DNA of 64,000 nucleotides from Alphaproteobacteria bacterium (GTDB lineage Bacteria > Pseudomonadota > Alphaproteobacteria > MPNO01 > UBA830). This document shows positions 21,751-31,920 of the stretch, piece after piece. The notes under the pieces are model-generated. The model saw only the letters and a program-made list of their open reading frames with translations. It did no database searches and had not been told where the DNA came from. The DNA lies in the NCBI GenBank assembly GCA_964291215.2, contig OZ219790.1, positions 1,920,001 through 1,984,000 on the forward strand. Direction: 5' to 3'. A program made the position numbers and the translations under genes. Within the stretch, counting starts at the first letter, position 1, and every line of letters starts with the position of its first letter.

Positions 21751-22803
21751 TCACGGCGACACGACCGGAACCCAGAGCACATCCTCGATCCGCGCCGCGC
21801 CGGTTGCAAGCATCACCAGCCGGTCGAAACCCATCGCAATGCCCGCGCAGTCCGGCATCCCGGCCTCGATCGCCTGCAGCAGGTCGTCGTCGGCCGGCCA
21901 TGCCGCCCGGCCTTCGCGCCGGCGCCATTCGGCGGTCTCGGCAAAGCGGCGGCGGTGCTCGGCGGGATCCGTCAGCTCGCCATAGCCGTTGGCGAGTTCG
22001 ACACCGCAAGCAAAGATCTCGAAACGCTCCGCCACCGACGGATCGCCGGGCGCGGTCCGCGCCATCGCGGCCATCGATACCGGCCAGGAATGGAGAATGA
22101 CGGGCACGTCGTGTCCGAGATGCGGCTCGACGCGCTCGAGGAATATCCGGAAGAAAACATCCTCCCAGCTGTCCCCGTCGGCTGCGCGGACGCCGACCGC
22201 GCCGGCTGCCCCGCTGAGGCGGCCGGGCGACGGCTGCCGTGGATCGTCGATCGTCGCCGCAAGCTCGATGCCTGCATGTTCGCGAAAGGCCTCTGCGACG
22301 GTCACCAATCTCCATGGCTCCGACAGGTCGCATTCCACCCCGTCGCGCGACAGCGCGGGACCGGCCAGCGCGCGCACCAGCTCCGCCGCCTCGGTGGCAA
22401 TGTCCCGCCATCCGGCCCCGGCCCGGTACCATTCGAGCATGGAGAATTCCGGATGATGCTTCCACGACCGCTCGCCGTCGCGAAACACTCTCGCCAGCTG
22501 CCAGATCCGGTCCATGCCCGCGACCAGCAGTTTCTTCATCGCGAATTCGGGCGAGGTATGAAGGTACATTCGCCGAACGTCGCCGGCCGGCGACGCCAGC
22601 GCCGTCTCGAACGCAGTCAGGTGCCGTTCGAGGCCCGGCGAGACTTGAAGTGCGGGGGTTTCGACCTCGGCGTAGCCGCGCGCCGAGAAGAACAGGCGGA
22701 GCCGGCGGATCATCTCCTGACGCCGTTCGAGGATCTGCCGCCGCCCCTCGAACAGCGGCGGCTGCCACCATGCCTTGCCTGCAGGCTGTCCGGTGCTATT
22801 CAT
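21751..22803 (-). CDS. epmA: EF-P lysine aminoacylase EpmA (GenX/PoxA)
   Basis: LHTSPEFAMKKLL, HHPEFSMLEWYR, ELANGYGEL, GIAMGFDRL; no anticodon domain. Confidence 0.93.
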   Translation of the reverse strand: MNSTGQPAGKAWWQPPLFEGRRQILERRQEMIRRLRLFFSARGYAEVETPALQVSPGLERHLTAFETALASPAGDVRRMYLHTSPEFAMKKLLVAGMDRIWQLARVFRDGERSWKHHPEFSMLEWYRAGAGWRDIATEAAELVRALAGPALSRDGVECDLSEPWRLVTVAEAFREHAGIELAATIDDPRQPSPGRLSGAAGAVGVRAADGDSWEDVFFRIFLERVEPHLGHDVPVILHSWPVSMAAMARTAPGDPSVAERFEIFACGVELANGYGELTDPAEHRRRFAETAEWRRREGRAAWPADDDLLQAIEAGMPDCAGIAMGFDRLVMLATGAARIEDVLWVPVVSP

Positions 22804-22858
22804 GTCGCGATAATGCACGATCCCGGCGGCAACCGTCATCCCCTCGCGGAATTCGCAC

Positions 22859-23899
22859 ATGAACCCGATCCCGTCCACATTGCGAACCGGCGCCGAGCTC
22901 GCGGCAGCGGGCCTGATCGAACCGGGCCGGGAAGCGGCCACCGACGCCGTCGGCGCGCGCTACAGCGTCGCGCTCTCCCGGCATCTTGCAGAACTGATCG
23001 ACCGCGCCGATCCCAGCGATCCCATCGCGCGCCAGTTCGTGCCGTCAACCGAGGAGATGGCCGTCGGCGGCGACGAACTCGCGGACCCGATCGGCGACGG
23101 CGTCCGGTCTCCGGTCACGGGACTCATCCACCGCTATCCGGACCGGGTCCTGCTGATGCCGACACTCGCCTGTCCGGTCTACTGCCGGTACTGCTTCCGC
23201 CGCAATCGCGTCGGCCGGGCGTCGGGCGCGCCCGACGCCGGCGAACTCGACGCGGCTTTTGCCTATATCGAGGATCGCGAGGAGATCAGGGAAGTCATCC
23301 TGTCGGGAGGCGATCCGCTCACGCTCTCGGATGCGCGGCTCGCCCGCATCCTGCAAAGGATCGAGGCCGTCGACCACGTCTCGGTCATCCGCATCCACAC
23401 AAGGGCGCCGGTCGCGGTACCGTCGCGCGTGACGCCAAGCCTCATCGACGCCCTGACGCTCCGGAGGCGGCCGTGGATGGTGGTGCACTGCAACCATCCC
23501 CGCGAACTGTCGCCAGAGGTCGAGGCGGCCTTCGCCCGGCTTGCCGGGGCCGGCGTCCCGCTGCTCTCGCAGTCGGTGCTCCTTCGCGGCGTCAATGACG
23601 ACGCGGACACGCTCGCAGAGTTGATGCGGGGTCTCGTGGCGGCGGGGATCAAGCCGTACTACCTCCACCATCCCGACCGGGCCGCAGGCACCGCGCACTT
23701 CCGCCTGCCTCTGGCCGAAGGCCTGGACCTCGTGCGTGCGCTCAGGGGCCGCGTCTCGGGCCTGTGTCAGCCTACATATGTCGTTGACATCCCTGGCGGC
23801 TACGGCAAGGTCCCGGTCCTCGACGCCGTTCCCGGAGACCGCGACGGCGAATGGACGCTCAGGGACTTCACGGGCCGGGAGCACGCCTACACGGACTGA
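22859..23899 (+). CDS. epmB: lysine 2,3-aminomutase-like radical SAM (EpmB)
   Basis: HRYPDRVL, CPVYCRYCFRR, SGGDPL, QSVLLRGVND; divergent from epmA. Confidence 0.9.
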   Translation: MNPIPSTLRTGAELAAAGLIEPGREAATDAVGARYSVALSRHLAELIDRADPSDPIARQFVPSTEEMAVGGDELADPIGDGVRSPVTGLIHRYPDRVLLMPTLACPVYCRYCFRRNRVGRASGAPDAGELDAAFAYIEDREEIREVILSGGDPLTLSDARLARILQRIEAVDHVSVIRIHTRAPVAVPSRVTPSLIDALTLRRRPWMVVHCNHPRELSPEVEAAFARLAGAGVPLLSQSVLLRGVNDDADTLAELMRGLVAAGIKPYYLHHPDRAAGTAHFRLPLAEGLDLVRALRGRVSGLCQPTYVVDIPGGYGKVPVLDAVPGDRDGEWTLRDFTGREHAYTD

Positions 23900-24001
23900 C
23901 CGACAGCGCTCCCGGAGCGGGCAGGTCCCGGCGGTGGCGGCGCGCCGGTTTCGGCTATAGGATCGGCGCCGCCGGGCGCCAGCGGTGACCGGGAGAGGAA
24001 C

Positions 24002-25126
24002 ATGCTGTCATCGATACCTGCCATATTCATGCGCGGCGGCACGTCGCGCGGACTGTATTTCGACCGTGCGGACCTGCCCGAAGACCGCAGCCTCTGGGAC
24101 GGCATCCTGCTGGCGGCATTCGGATCCCCCGACCCGCGCCAGATCGACGGCGTCGGCGGCACCACATCGGTGACCAGCAAGGCCGCCGTTATCTCGCCCT
24201 CCGCCCGCGACGACTGCGACGTGGACTACTTCTTCGCCCAGGTTGCCGTCGACCGGCCGGATGTGGATTACGGCCCTACCTGCGGCAACATGCTTGCCGG
24301 CGTCGGTCCCTACGCGGTCGAGACTGGCATGGTGCCGGGCGCCGACGGGGAGACCAGCGTGCGCATTCACCAGGTCAACACCGGAGGCTTGGTCGAGGCG
24401 GTGGTGCGCACCCCCGGCGGACGGGTCGAGTACGAGGGCGACGAGGTGATAGACGGCGTGCCGGGGACCGGAGCGCCCGTCCTTCTGAACTTCATGCAAG
24501 CGACCGGCTCCCATACCGGAGCGCTCTTTCCGAGTGGCGAGCGCCAGGAGGAGATCGACGGCATTGCCGTCACGCTCGTGGATGCGGCCATGCCGGTCAT
24601 GATCCTGCGCGCCGCCGATGTCGGCAAGACCGGACGCGAGACCGCGGCCGAGCTCGGCTCGGACCGCGCCTTCTTCGACCGGGTCGAGCCCATGCGCCGG
24701 GAGGCCGGGCGGCGCATGGAACTCGGAGACGTTCGCGGCAAGGTCGTGCCCAAGATCATCATCGCCGCGCCGGCGGTGGACGGCGGAACGATCGCATCGA
24801 GGTATTTCGTGCCCGACCGGCCCCACGAGACCCATGCCATCACCGGCGGAATTGCGCTCGCCTTCGCGGCGCTGTCTGACGGCACCGTGGTCCAGCCGCT
24901 GGCCGACCGCCTGCCGGCGGCCGGGCGCCCGGTGTTCTCGATCGAACATCCCGCGGGCCGCCTCGATCTGGTGCTGACCCTCGGCGAGGATGCGCCCGAA
25001 CCCGGAATCGAGGCTGCCGGGACGGTGCGCACCGCCCGCATGATCATGCGCGGAAGCGTGATGGTGCCGGAAAGGCTGCTGACCCTGACGGGCAGGCCCG
25101 GGCGTGCGGTCGACGCGATCCCGTGA
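24002..25126 (+). CDS. PrpF family isomerase (4-oxalomesaconate tautomerase-like)
   Basis: MRGGTSRG, GSPDPRQIDGVGG, CGNML, EHPAG. Confidence 0.88.
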   Translation: MLSSIPAIFMRGGTSRGLYFDRADLPEDRSLWDGILLAAFGSPDPRQIDGVGGTTSVTSKAAVISPSARDDCDVDYFFAQVAVDRPDVDYGPTCGNMLAGVGPYAVETGMVPGADGETSVRIHQVNTGGLVEAVVRTPGGRVEYEGDEVIDGVPGTGAPVLLNFMQATGSHTGALFPSGERQEEIDGIAVTLVDAAMPVMILRAADVGKTGRETAAELGSDRAFFDRVEPMRREAGRRMELGDVRGKVVPKIIIAAPAVDGGTIASRYFVPDRPHETHAITGGIALAFAALSDGTVVQPLADRLPAAGRPVFSIEHPAGRLDLVLTLGEDAPEPGIEAAGTVRTARMIMRGSVMVPERLLTLTGRPGRAVDAIP

Positions 25127-25465
25127 CCGGTCGGCGCGTCCGGAATTCGCTCCGCAGGAGGGTATTTCCCGGAGCTGGCAGGCTGCGCCACGGCAACGAA
25201 AACCACGGCCGGCGCAGTTGAACCGCGCTGACCGACCTTGGCCCTTTCGCCGCGGGCCATCGCACGGTCGCCGGTCTGCCGCTCCCGCGGAGAGCAACGG
25301 CCGATTGTCCGCCCCGCCCTTCATTGCCCGCGCAACCCCGGAACACGCGCCCGTCCCGACTGTGCCGCACGGAGCGTTACGGGGCGAACCGCGCTTCCGA
25401 ATTGCCTGGCCCGGCGCAGGCTGATAGTTTGGCCCACCCTCCGGCAGCCGACCACGGAAGACACC

Positions 25466-26032
25466 ATGAAGATTCAGGCCAACACCATTCGTGCGGGGAA
25501 CGTCATCGAGCATGACGGCAAGCAGTGGAACGTGATGAAGATCGAACTGCTGCTGCCCGGCAAGGGCAACGCCTTCATCCAGGTCGAGATGCGCGACGTG
25601 CGGACCGGGAACAAGGCGAACGAGCGGTTCCGCACCTCGGAGACCGTCGAGAAGCTCATGGTCGAGGAGAGGGAGTGCACCTTTCTCTATGCCGAAGGCG
25701 ACAAGCTGACCTTCATGGACAGCGAGACCTACGACCAGTTCGAGCTCTCGCGCGACACCATCGGCGGCGCCGCCTCGTTCCTGCAGGAAGGGATGGCGGT
25801 CACCGCGAACACCATCGAGGGCGCGCTCGCCGGCATTCGCCCGCCCCAGCACGTCGCGATGGAGGTCGTCGAGGCTGATCCCGTGGTCAAGGGCCAGACC
25901 GCCTCGTCCTCTTACAAGCCGGCCATCATCGAAAACGGCGTGCGCGTGATGGTGCCGCCGCACATCGAGGCGGGCACGCGCATCGTCGTCAACACCGAGG
26001 ACGCCTCCTACGTCGAGCGCGCCAAGGACTGA
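25466..26032 (+). CDS. efp: elongation factor P
   Basis: PGKG loop, KGQTASSSYKPA, YVERA. Confidence 0.96.
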   Translation: MKIQANTIRAGNVIEHDGKQWNVMKIELLLPGKGNAFIQVEMRDVRTGNKANERFRTSETVEKLMVEERECTFLYAEGDKLTFMDSETYDQFELSRDTIGGAASFLQEGMAVTANTIEGALAGIRPPQHVAMEVVEADPVVKGQTASSSYKPAIIENGVRVMVPPHIEAGTRIVVNTEDASYVERAKD

Positions 26033-26090
26033 CCGCGTGGCCGATACCGGATCCCGCAACGAGCCGCATCACTGACGAGGCAAGGATGCG

Positions 26091-26912
26091 ATGGCACGGC
26101 CGGGTCCCCTGATCAACCTGATGGAGAAGGCGGCGCGCAAGGCGGCGCGGCCTCTCATGCGCGATTTCGGGGAGGTCGAGCAACTCCAGGTCTCCGTCAA
26201 GGGCCCCGGCGACTTCGTTACCGAGGCCGACCGTCGCACCGAGAGCATTCTCCGCGAAGAGCTCCACAAGGCCCGCCCCGAGTTTGGCTTCCTCATGGAG
26301 GAGGCAGGCGCCGTCGCAGGGTCCGGACAAGATCGCCGCTGGATCATCGACCCCATCGACGGCACGACCAACTTCCTGCACGGCATCCCCCATTTCGCCA
26401 TCTCCATTGCCGCAGAGAGCGAGGGAGAACTGGTGGCCGGGCTCATCTTCGAGCCGCTGCGCAACGAGATGTTCTGGGCGGAGCGCGGCCAGGGCGCCTA
26501 CATGAACCGTTACCGGCTGCGCGCGTCGGAACGGGGACGGCTGGCGGATGCCCTGCTAGCGACCGGCATCCCTTTCGGGGCCCGCGCAGGCAAGAAGGCC
26601 TTCACGACCATGCTCGGGGCCGCCATGGACCGCACCGCGGGCGTCAGGCGCTTCGGCGCGGCCTCCCTCGACCTCGCATATGTCGCGGCCGGCCGCTTTG
26701 ACGGCTTCTGGGAAGTCGGCCTGTCGCCATGGGATGTCGCCGCCGGCATCATCATCGTTCGCGAATCCGGCGGGATGGTCAGCGAGATCGGCGGCGGTTC
26801 CAAAATGTTGCACGGCAACACGATTCTTGCTACCAACCCGCGCCTGTACAACGACATTCGCAGACTTTTGACTGAGGCTGTCCAGAACCGCGGCCTCGAG
26901 TTCACAGATTGA
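26091..26912 (+). CDS. suhB: inositol monophosphatase family SuhB
   Basis: WIIDPIDGTTNFLHG, RRFGAASLDL, WDVAAG. Confidence 0.94.
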   Translation: MARPGPLINLMEKAARKAARPLMRDFGEVEQLQVSVKGPGDFVTEADRRTESILREELHKARPEFGFLMEEAGAVAGSGQDRRWIIDPIDGTTNFLHGIPHFAISIAAESEGELVAGLIFEPLRNEMFWAERGQGAYMNRYRLRASERGRLADALLATGIPFGARAGKKAFTTMLGAAMDRTAGVRRFGAASLDLAYVAAGRFDGFWEVGLSPWDVAAGIIIVRESGGMVSEIGGGSKMLHGNTILATNPRLYNDIRRLLTEAVQNRGLEFTD

Positions 26913-27099
26913 TAGGCGGGGACCAGGTACTGTCCCGACCGGCGCCGGAAACCGGAAGGGGCCGGCCACCCGGTCACCCAGTACTCTTGCCGGGCGCGGG
27001 CACAAACCGGCCGGGGGTCGAACCCGGCTCGAGTTCGGGAATAGCGGTGTCAGCCTGCAGGAGGCCCCCGGTGGCAAAACCAGAGGACGGAAGCGACCG

Positions 27100-28254
27100 A
27101 TGACCCATCCGCAACGCTACCTGTTCCGCATGACCGGGTTCCTTGCTGCCGTCGCAATCGGCATAGCCCTGTTGTCCGAGGGCGTCAGCGACAGCTTCAT
27201 GGCCAACCCCGGCCTCAACGGGCTCATCCTCGGGGTGCTTTTCCTCGGCATAGTCTACATCTACCACACGGTGACCGTGCTCATCAGCGATGTCGGCTGG
27301 CTGGAGAATTTCCGCGCAGAACAGGCCGGCGTGCTTGCAGACGGGCGCGAGCGGAATCCAAGGATGCTGGCCCCGATGGCAGCAATGCTGGGAAACGGCG
27401 CCGAGCCGTTCAGGATGTCCTCTACGGCCATGCGCTCACTGCTCGACGGTATCTTCTCCCGGCTCGCCGAGTCGCGCGAGATCTCGCGCTACCTTATCGG
27501 TCTCCTCATATTCCTAGGCCTGCTGGGAACCTTCTGGGGGCTGCTGAAGACCATCGGAGCAGTTGGCGACGTAGTCGGCGGCCTGACCGTGGAAGGCAGC
27601 AACATGGAGACGGTCTTCGCCGACCTCAAGGCCGGGTTGCAGTCTCCCATGGCGGGAATGGCCACCGCGTTCTCGTCTTCGCTGTTCGGACTCGCCGGCT
27701 CGCTCGTGCTGGGTTTCCTCGAACTTCAGGCCGGACAGGCCCAGAATCGTTTCTCCAACGAACTCGAGGACTGGCTCTCGGGACAGGTCCGCCTCGGGAC
27801 GGGCGAAGCGAGAGCGGCTGGAGAAGCTTCCGTTCCGGCGTATATCGAGGCTCTCCTAGAGCAGACATCGGACAATCTGGAGAATCTCGAGCGCACGCTG
27901 CAGCGCGGCGAGGAAGCCCGCATCAGCGCCAACACCAGCATTACCGAACTCGCCGAGCATATCGGTGTGATCAGCGAACAGATGAAGCAGCAACAGCCGC
28001 TGTTGTCGCGGCTCACCGAAGCCCAACTCGAGATCAAGGTGGTCCTGGACCAGATGGCAGCGATTCTCTCGCGTCCAGGGTTTGGGGACGCCAGCGACGA
28101 AATTCGGGGCCATCTGCGGAGCATCGACAACCATTTCACCCGGATGCTTGACGAATCGGTCAAGGGACGGGCCCAAGTCGTCGAGGATCTCCGCAGCGAG
28201 ATCCGCGTACTGTCGCGCACCCTCGCCGCAGCGGCCGAACAGGCGCGGCGCTAG
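27100..28254 (+). CDS. MotA/TolQ/ExbB-like proton channel protein
   Basis: LGLLGTFWGL and AFSSSLFGL TM motifs with C-terminal coiled coil. Confidence 0.88.
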   Translation: MTHPQRYLFRMTGFLAAVAIGIALLSEGVSDSFMANPGLNGLILGVLFLGIVYIYHTVTVLISDVGWLENFRAEQAGVLADGRERNPRMLAPMAAMLGNGAEPFRMSSTAMRSLLDGIFSRLAESREISRYLIGLLIFLGLLGTFWGLLKTIGAVGDVVGGLTVEGSNMETVFADLKAGLQSPMAGMATAFSSSLFGLAGSLVLGFLELQAGQAQNRFSNELEDWLSGQVRLGTGEARAAGEASVPAYIEALLEQTSDNLENLERTLQRGEEARISANTSITELAEHIGVISEQMKQQQPLLSRLTEAQLEIKVVLDQMAAILSRPGFGDASDEIRGHLRSIDNHFTRMLDESVKGRAQVVEDLRSEIRVLSRTLAAAAEQARR

Positions 28255-28277
28255 GCAGGTTCCGGGAGCCGCCCGAG

Positions 28278-30050
28278 ATGGCACGCATCCCCGAGCGGCA
28301 ACGACAGACGCCGGACATCTGGCCGGGCTTCGTCGACGCCCTGGCGGCGCTGCTGGTGGTGATCATCTTTCTCGTGATGATCTTTACCGTAGCGCAGTTT
28401 TTTCTCAGCGACGTTCTTGTAGGGCGTGAAAGGGCTCTCGACGATCTGAAGCGGGAGGTCACCACAGTATCCGAACTCCTGTCGCTCGAACGGACGAAGG
28501 CAAGCCGAGCGCGCGAGGATCTTGAGCAGCAAATCGCGGATCTCGGACAGCAAATTGCCGAGCGCGACGAGACCATAGCCCGTCTGATCGCAAGTTCGAA
28601 GGAACTCATCGCCCTGCTGTCCATAGAGAAGGAGCGGTACCGGGAGGCGGCAGCAGACGCCAAGACCACGAAGCAGGCGCTCGAACAGACGCGCTCCGAA
28701 CTGAAGGAAGAGCAGGACGTCAGCGCGGAAGTACGCAGGCAGATCGAAATTCTCAGTATTCTGCTTGCGGAAATCCGCGGTGACCTCGCGAGACGTACCG
28801 AGACCGTCTCGCAGTTGACCGCCAAGTCGGAAGAGCTGACGACGGCCCTGACTGCCGAAAGGGAACGGTCGGGGACGGCTGAGAAGGTCCTGGATGCGAC
28901 GGCGCGATTGCTTGAAAAGGCGCGTGCCGAACTGGCCGCCGAAAAGAAGGCCAGCGCCGAAGCCCTCGAGGAAATCAGGTCGCTGACAGCCCGGGCGGCG
29001 GCGCTTCAGCAAGATCTCGCGGACCGCGCCGAGACAATCGCCCGGTCGCGCGCCAGTTCCCGGCAGCTACAGGCGCTGCTGGCCGCCGAAAGGGAAAGAT
29101 CCGCAAGAGCCGAAGCGGAACTCGAAGCCAGGGCGCGCACGATCGCGCAGACGCGCAGCGAGCTCGCCAAGGCGCGCGAGGCCGGCGCGCAGGCCCGCAC
29201 GGAGATAGAGGTGTCGACCGCCTTGACGGAAACCCTTCACCAAGAGATCGCCGAACATCGGCAGGCCATCTCGATCCTCGGTATCCGTTCTCAGGAACTC
29301 TCGGATCTGCTGGCGGCCGAGGAGGAGCGGGCGGACAGGGCCGAAAAAGAGGCCGAATCGAAAGGACGCGCTCTGGAGCGGGAGCGCGTCCGTCTCGCCG
29401 AAGAGCGTGAAATCGGCGCCGCGGCACGCAAACGGGCAGAGGCCGTAGCGGAGCAGGTTGCGGCGCTGCGCCGGGAACTTGCCATGGTCAACACGGCGCT
29501 CGAGGCGTCCGAAACCAGGGAAGACGCAAGGTTGGCGGAAATCGTCGATCTTGAAGAACGACTCGGCCGGGCGCTCATCTCCAGGGTCGCCGAACTGGCA
29601 CGATACCGGTCCGAGTTCTTTGGCAAGCTGCGCGAGGTGCTCGGCAACCAGGAAGGCATCCGGATCGTGGGTGACCGCTTCGTGGTGCAGTCGGAGATAC
29701 TGTTCGATTCGGGATCGACGGACTTTAGCGAGAACGCGCTCGTACAGATCAACGGGCTGGCGAACACGCTGAAGGACGTCTCGGCGCGTATTCCCGATAG
29801 CGTGGACTGGGTGCTCCGGATCGATGGTCATACCGACCGCATTCCGATCAATACACCGGCATTTCCCTCGAACTGGGAACTGTCCACCGGACGGGCAATT
29901 GCCGTGGTGCGTCAACTGATCGACCGTGGGATACCCGCCGATCGGCTGTTTGCGGCCGGCTTCGGATCCAACCACCCCATCGCCAAGGATAACACCGTGG
30001 ACGCCTACCGCCTCAACCGGCGAATCGAGCTCAAGCTTACCCAGCGCTGA
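28278..30050 (+). CDS. MotB/OmpA-like peptidoglycan-binding protein with long coiled coil
   Basis: WPGFVDAL TM, long heptad region, C-terminal DGHTD..SNWELS..NRRIE. Confidence 0.9.
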   Translation: MARIPERQRQTPDIWPGFVDALAALLVVIIFLVMIFTVAQFFLSDVLVGRERALDDLKREVTTVSELLSLERTKASRAREDLEQQIADLGQQIAERDETIARLIASSKELIALLSIEKERYREAAADAKTTKQALEQTRSELKEEQDVSAEVRRQIEILSILLAEIRGDLARRTETVSQLTAKSEELTTALTAERERSGTAEKVLDATARLLEKARAELAAEKKASAEALEEIRSLTARAAALQQDLADRAETIARSRASSRQLQALLAAERERSARAEAELEARARTIAQTRSELAKAREAGAQARTEIEVSTALTETLHQEIAEHRQAISILGIRSQELSDLLAAEEERADRAEKEAESKGRALERERVRLAEEREIGAAARKRAEAVAEQVAALRRELAMVNTALEASETREDARLAEIVDLEERLGRALISRVAELARYRSEFFGKLREVLGNQEGIRIVGDRFVVQSEILFDSGSTDFSENALVQINGLANTLKDVSARIPDSVDWVLRIDGHTDRIPINTPAFPSNWELSTGRAIAVVRQLIDRGIPADRLFAAGFGSNHPIAKDNTVDAYRLNRRIELKLTQR

Positions 30051-30127
30051 AACCCGCCGGCGCCTGGACAGGAACAGCGCGAGCAAACGCTGCGGCCGGT
30101 CCGCGCCGCAGCCGCCGCGCGGGACGG

Positions 30128-30637
30128 TCAGTTCGGCGCACGCTCGAATGTCACGAAGGAATAGTCGTGGTCGTCGCCATCGCCCGCGGGGCGGCGCTCA
30201 CGCGAGACCTCCCGCCATTCGGCGCCGAGAGGCAGAGGAAATGTCACAGTGCCCTCAGCCGCGGCATGCACCTCGGTCATGTAGATGATGTCGGCCATGT
30301 TCATCGCCTCGCGGTAGACCTCCGCGCCGCCAATGACGAGAATTTCGTCCGCCCCGAGTTCCACGGCAGCGGTGGCACCGAGATCAAGCGCCGCTCGCAA
30401 GTCGGGTACCGCGTCGACGGCACCGGACAGGCGCGTGGAATCGCGCGTGATCACGATGTTCCGGCGGCCGGGGAGCGGCCGTCCTATCGACTGGTAGGTC
30501 TTGCGGCCCATCACCACGGGTTTTCCGATGGTCAGCGCCCGAAACCGCCACAGGTCGCCGGACAGGCGCCAGGGCAGCCCCCCGTCCCTGCCGATGACGC
30601 CGTTTCCGGCGACGGCGGCAATTATCGCAACGCGCAA
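30128..30637 (-). CDS. folA: dihydrofolate reductase
   Basis: GVIG..LPW, MGRKTYQSIGRPLPGRRNIV, IGGAEVY. Confidence 0.96.
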   Translation of the reverse strand: MRVAIIAAVAGNGVIGRDGGLPWRLSGDLWRFRALTIGKPVVMGRKTYQSIGRPLPGRRNIVITRDSTRLSGAVDAVPDLRAALDLGATAAVELGADEILVIGGAEVYREAMNMADIIYMTEVHAAAEGTVTFPLPLGAEWREVSRERRPAGDGDDHDYSFVTFERAPN

Positions 30638-30646
30638 GACGGACCT

Positions 30647-31441
30647 TCAGACCGCAACGGCTGCCGGGATATGGGGATGGAACCTGTACTCCTCGAGGGA
30701 GAAATCCTCGTAACGGAAACCGAAGATGTCGCGGATTTCGGGATTGATGCGCATCGCGGGCAGAGGATGGGGTTCGCGTTCGACCTGTTCATCCGCCTGT
30801 TCGAGATGGTTGGCATAGAGATGGGCATCGCCGAGGGTATGGACGAATTCTCCGGCCTCGAGGCCGGTTATCTGGGCCACCATCATGGTCAGCAGCGCGT
30901 ACGAGGCGATATTGAACGGCACGCCGAGGAAGATGTCCGCACTGCGTTGGTAGAGCTGGCAGGAGAGGCGGCCTTCGGCAACATGAAACTGGAAGAGGCA
31001 GTGGCACGGCGGCAGGGCCATGCGGCCGATATCGGCCACGTTCCAGGCGCTGACGATCAGGCGCCGCGACGCGCCGTCGACCCTGATTGCCTCCACCACG
31101 CGCGAAATCTGGTCGATCTCGGCGCTGTCACCGCCCTTCCAGGAGCGCCACTGCGCGCCATAGACCGGCCCCAGATCGCCGTCTTCGTCAGCCCATTCGT
31201 TCCAGATCGAAACGCCGTTCTCGTTGAGATAGCCGATATTGGTGTCGCCGCGCAGGAACCACAGCAGCTCGTGAATCACCGACTTGACATGAATCCTCTT
31301 GGTGGTCACGAGCGGAAATCCGTGCGCGAGGTCGAAACGCATCTGGTGGCCGAAGACGCTGTATGTTCCGGTACCCGTGCGATCGTCCCTGTAGACGCCG
31401 GTGTCGCGCACGCGGCGAAGAAGTTCGAGATACTGTTCCAT
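30647..31441 (-). CDS. thyA: thymidylate synthase
   Basis: [28 protein letters not shown]. Confidence 0.98.
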   Translation of the reverse strand: MEQYLELLRRVRDTGVYRDDRTGTGTYSVFGHQMRFDLAHGFPLVTTKRIHVKSVIHELLWFLRGDTNIGYLNENGVSIWNEWADEDGDLGPVYGAQWRSWKGGDSAEIDQISRVVEAIRVDGASRRLIVSAWNVADIGRMALPPCHCLFQFHVAEGRLSCQLYQRSADIFLGVPFNIASYALLTMMVAQITGLEAGEFVHTLGDAHLYANHLEQADEQVEREPHPLPAMRINPEIRDIFGFRYEDFSLEEYRFHPHIPAAVAV

Positions 31442-31920
31442 GCCTCACTTTTGTTCCCGCAGCCCAGACTGCCAGTGCACCGGAATCCCGGGCGGGCGGA
31501 CCGGCGCGTAACACCTGCCCCGGCGTCAACCGACGCAGCCGATCCCGGTCAGCCCTATCGTTATCCCTGGAGGCCAGCGGATCAAGCAGAATACGCCGTT
31601 GCGGGCGATCTTCCCACCCGTTCCCCCGGGGGATCCACAGCTTGTCAACAGGGCGAAACCGTCGAACCGCTCCGGACCGGCAAGCCACGGCATCGCTCCA
31701 GTCTGGCCGGGGTTCCGCAGTCCACCCGATCTTGCTGGCAACCGGTACGGGTGTGGCCGTTCCGGACCTCGGACAGGCGCAGGCGCACGATTCCGCCCTT
31801 GCAGGGCCCGATTTTCTGTGACAGCCGGCGCCATCCGACCGTTGCCTTCGCTGCCGGCTTCGGCGGCCACGGTCAGCGGCCACTCGCTGGCCCGGAGGCA
31901 GAAAGCCCCTTCTTCGGCGT

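Noticed and set aside
24008-26059. Long opposite-strand ORFs (this one, 30167-32125, 37908-40049, 45899-47794, 47812-49806 and others)
   Set aside because: Antisense shadows of real genes, expected at high GC; no recognisable motifs
27100-30050. Zorya ZorAB-like defence system
   Set aside because: The pair sits in the core efp-suhB neighbourhood with no ZorC/D/E effectors; better explained as the conserved alphaproteobacterial MotAB-like pair
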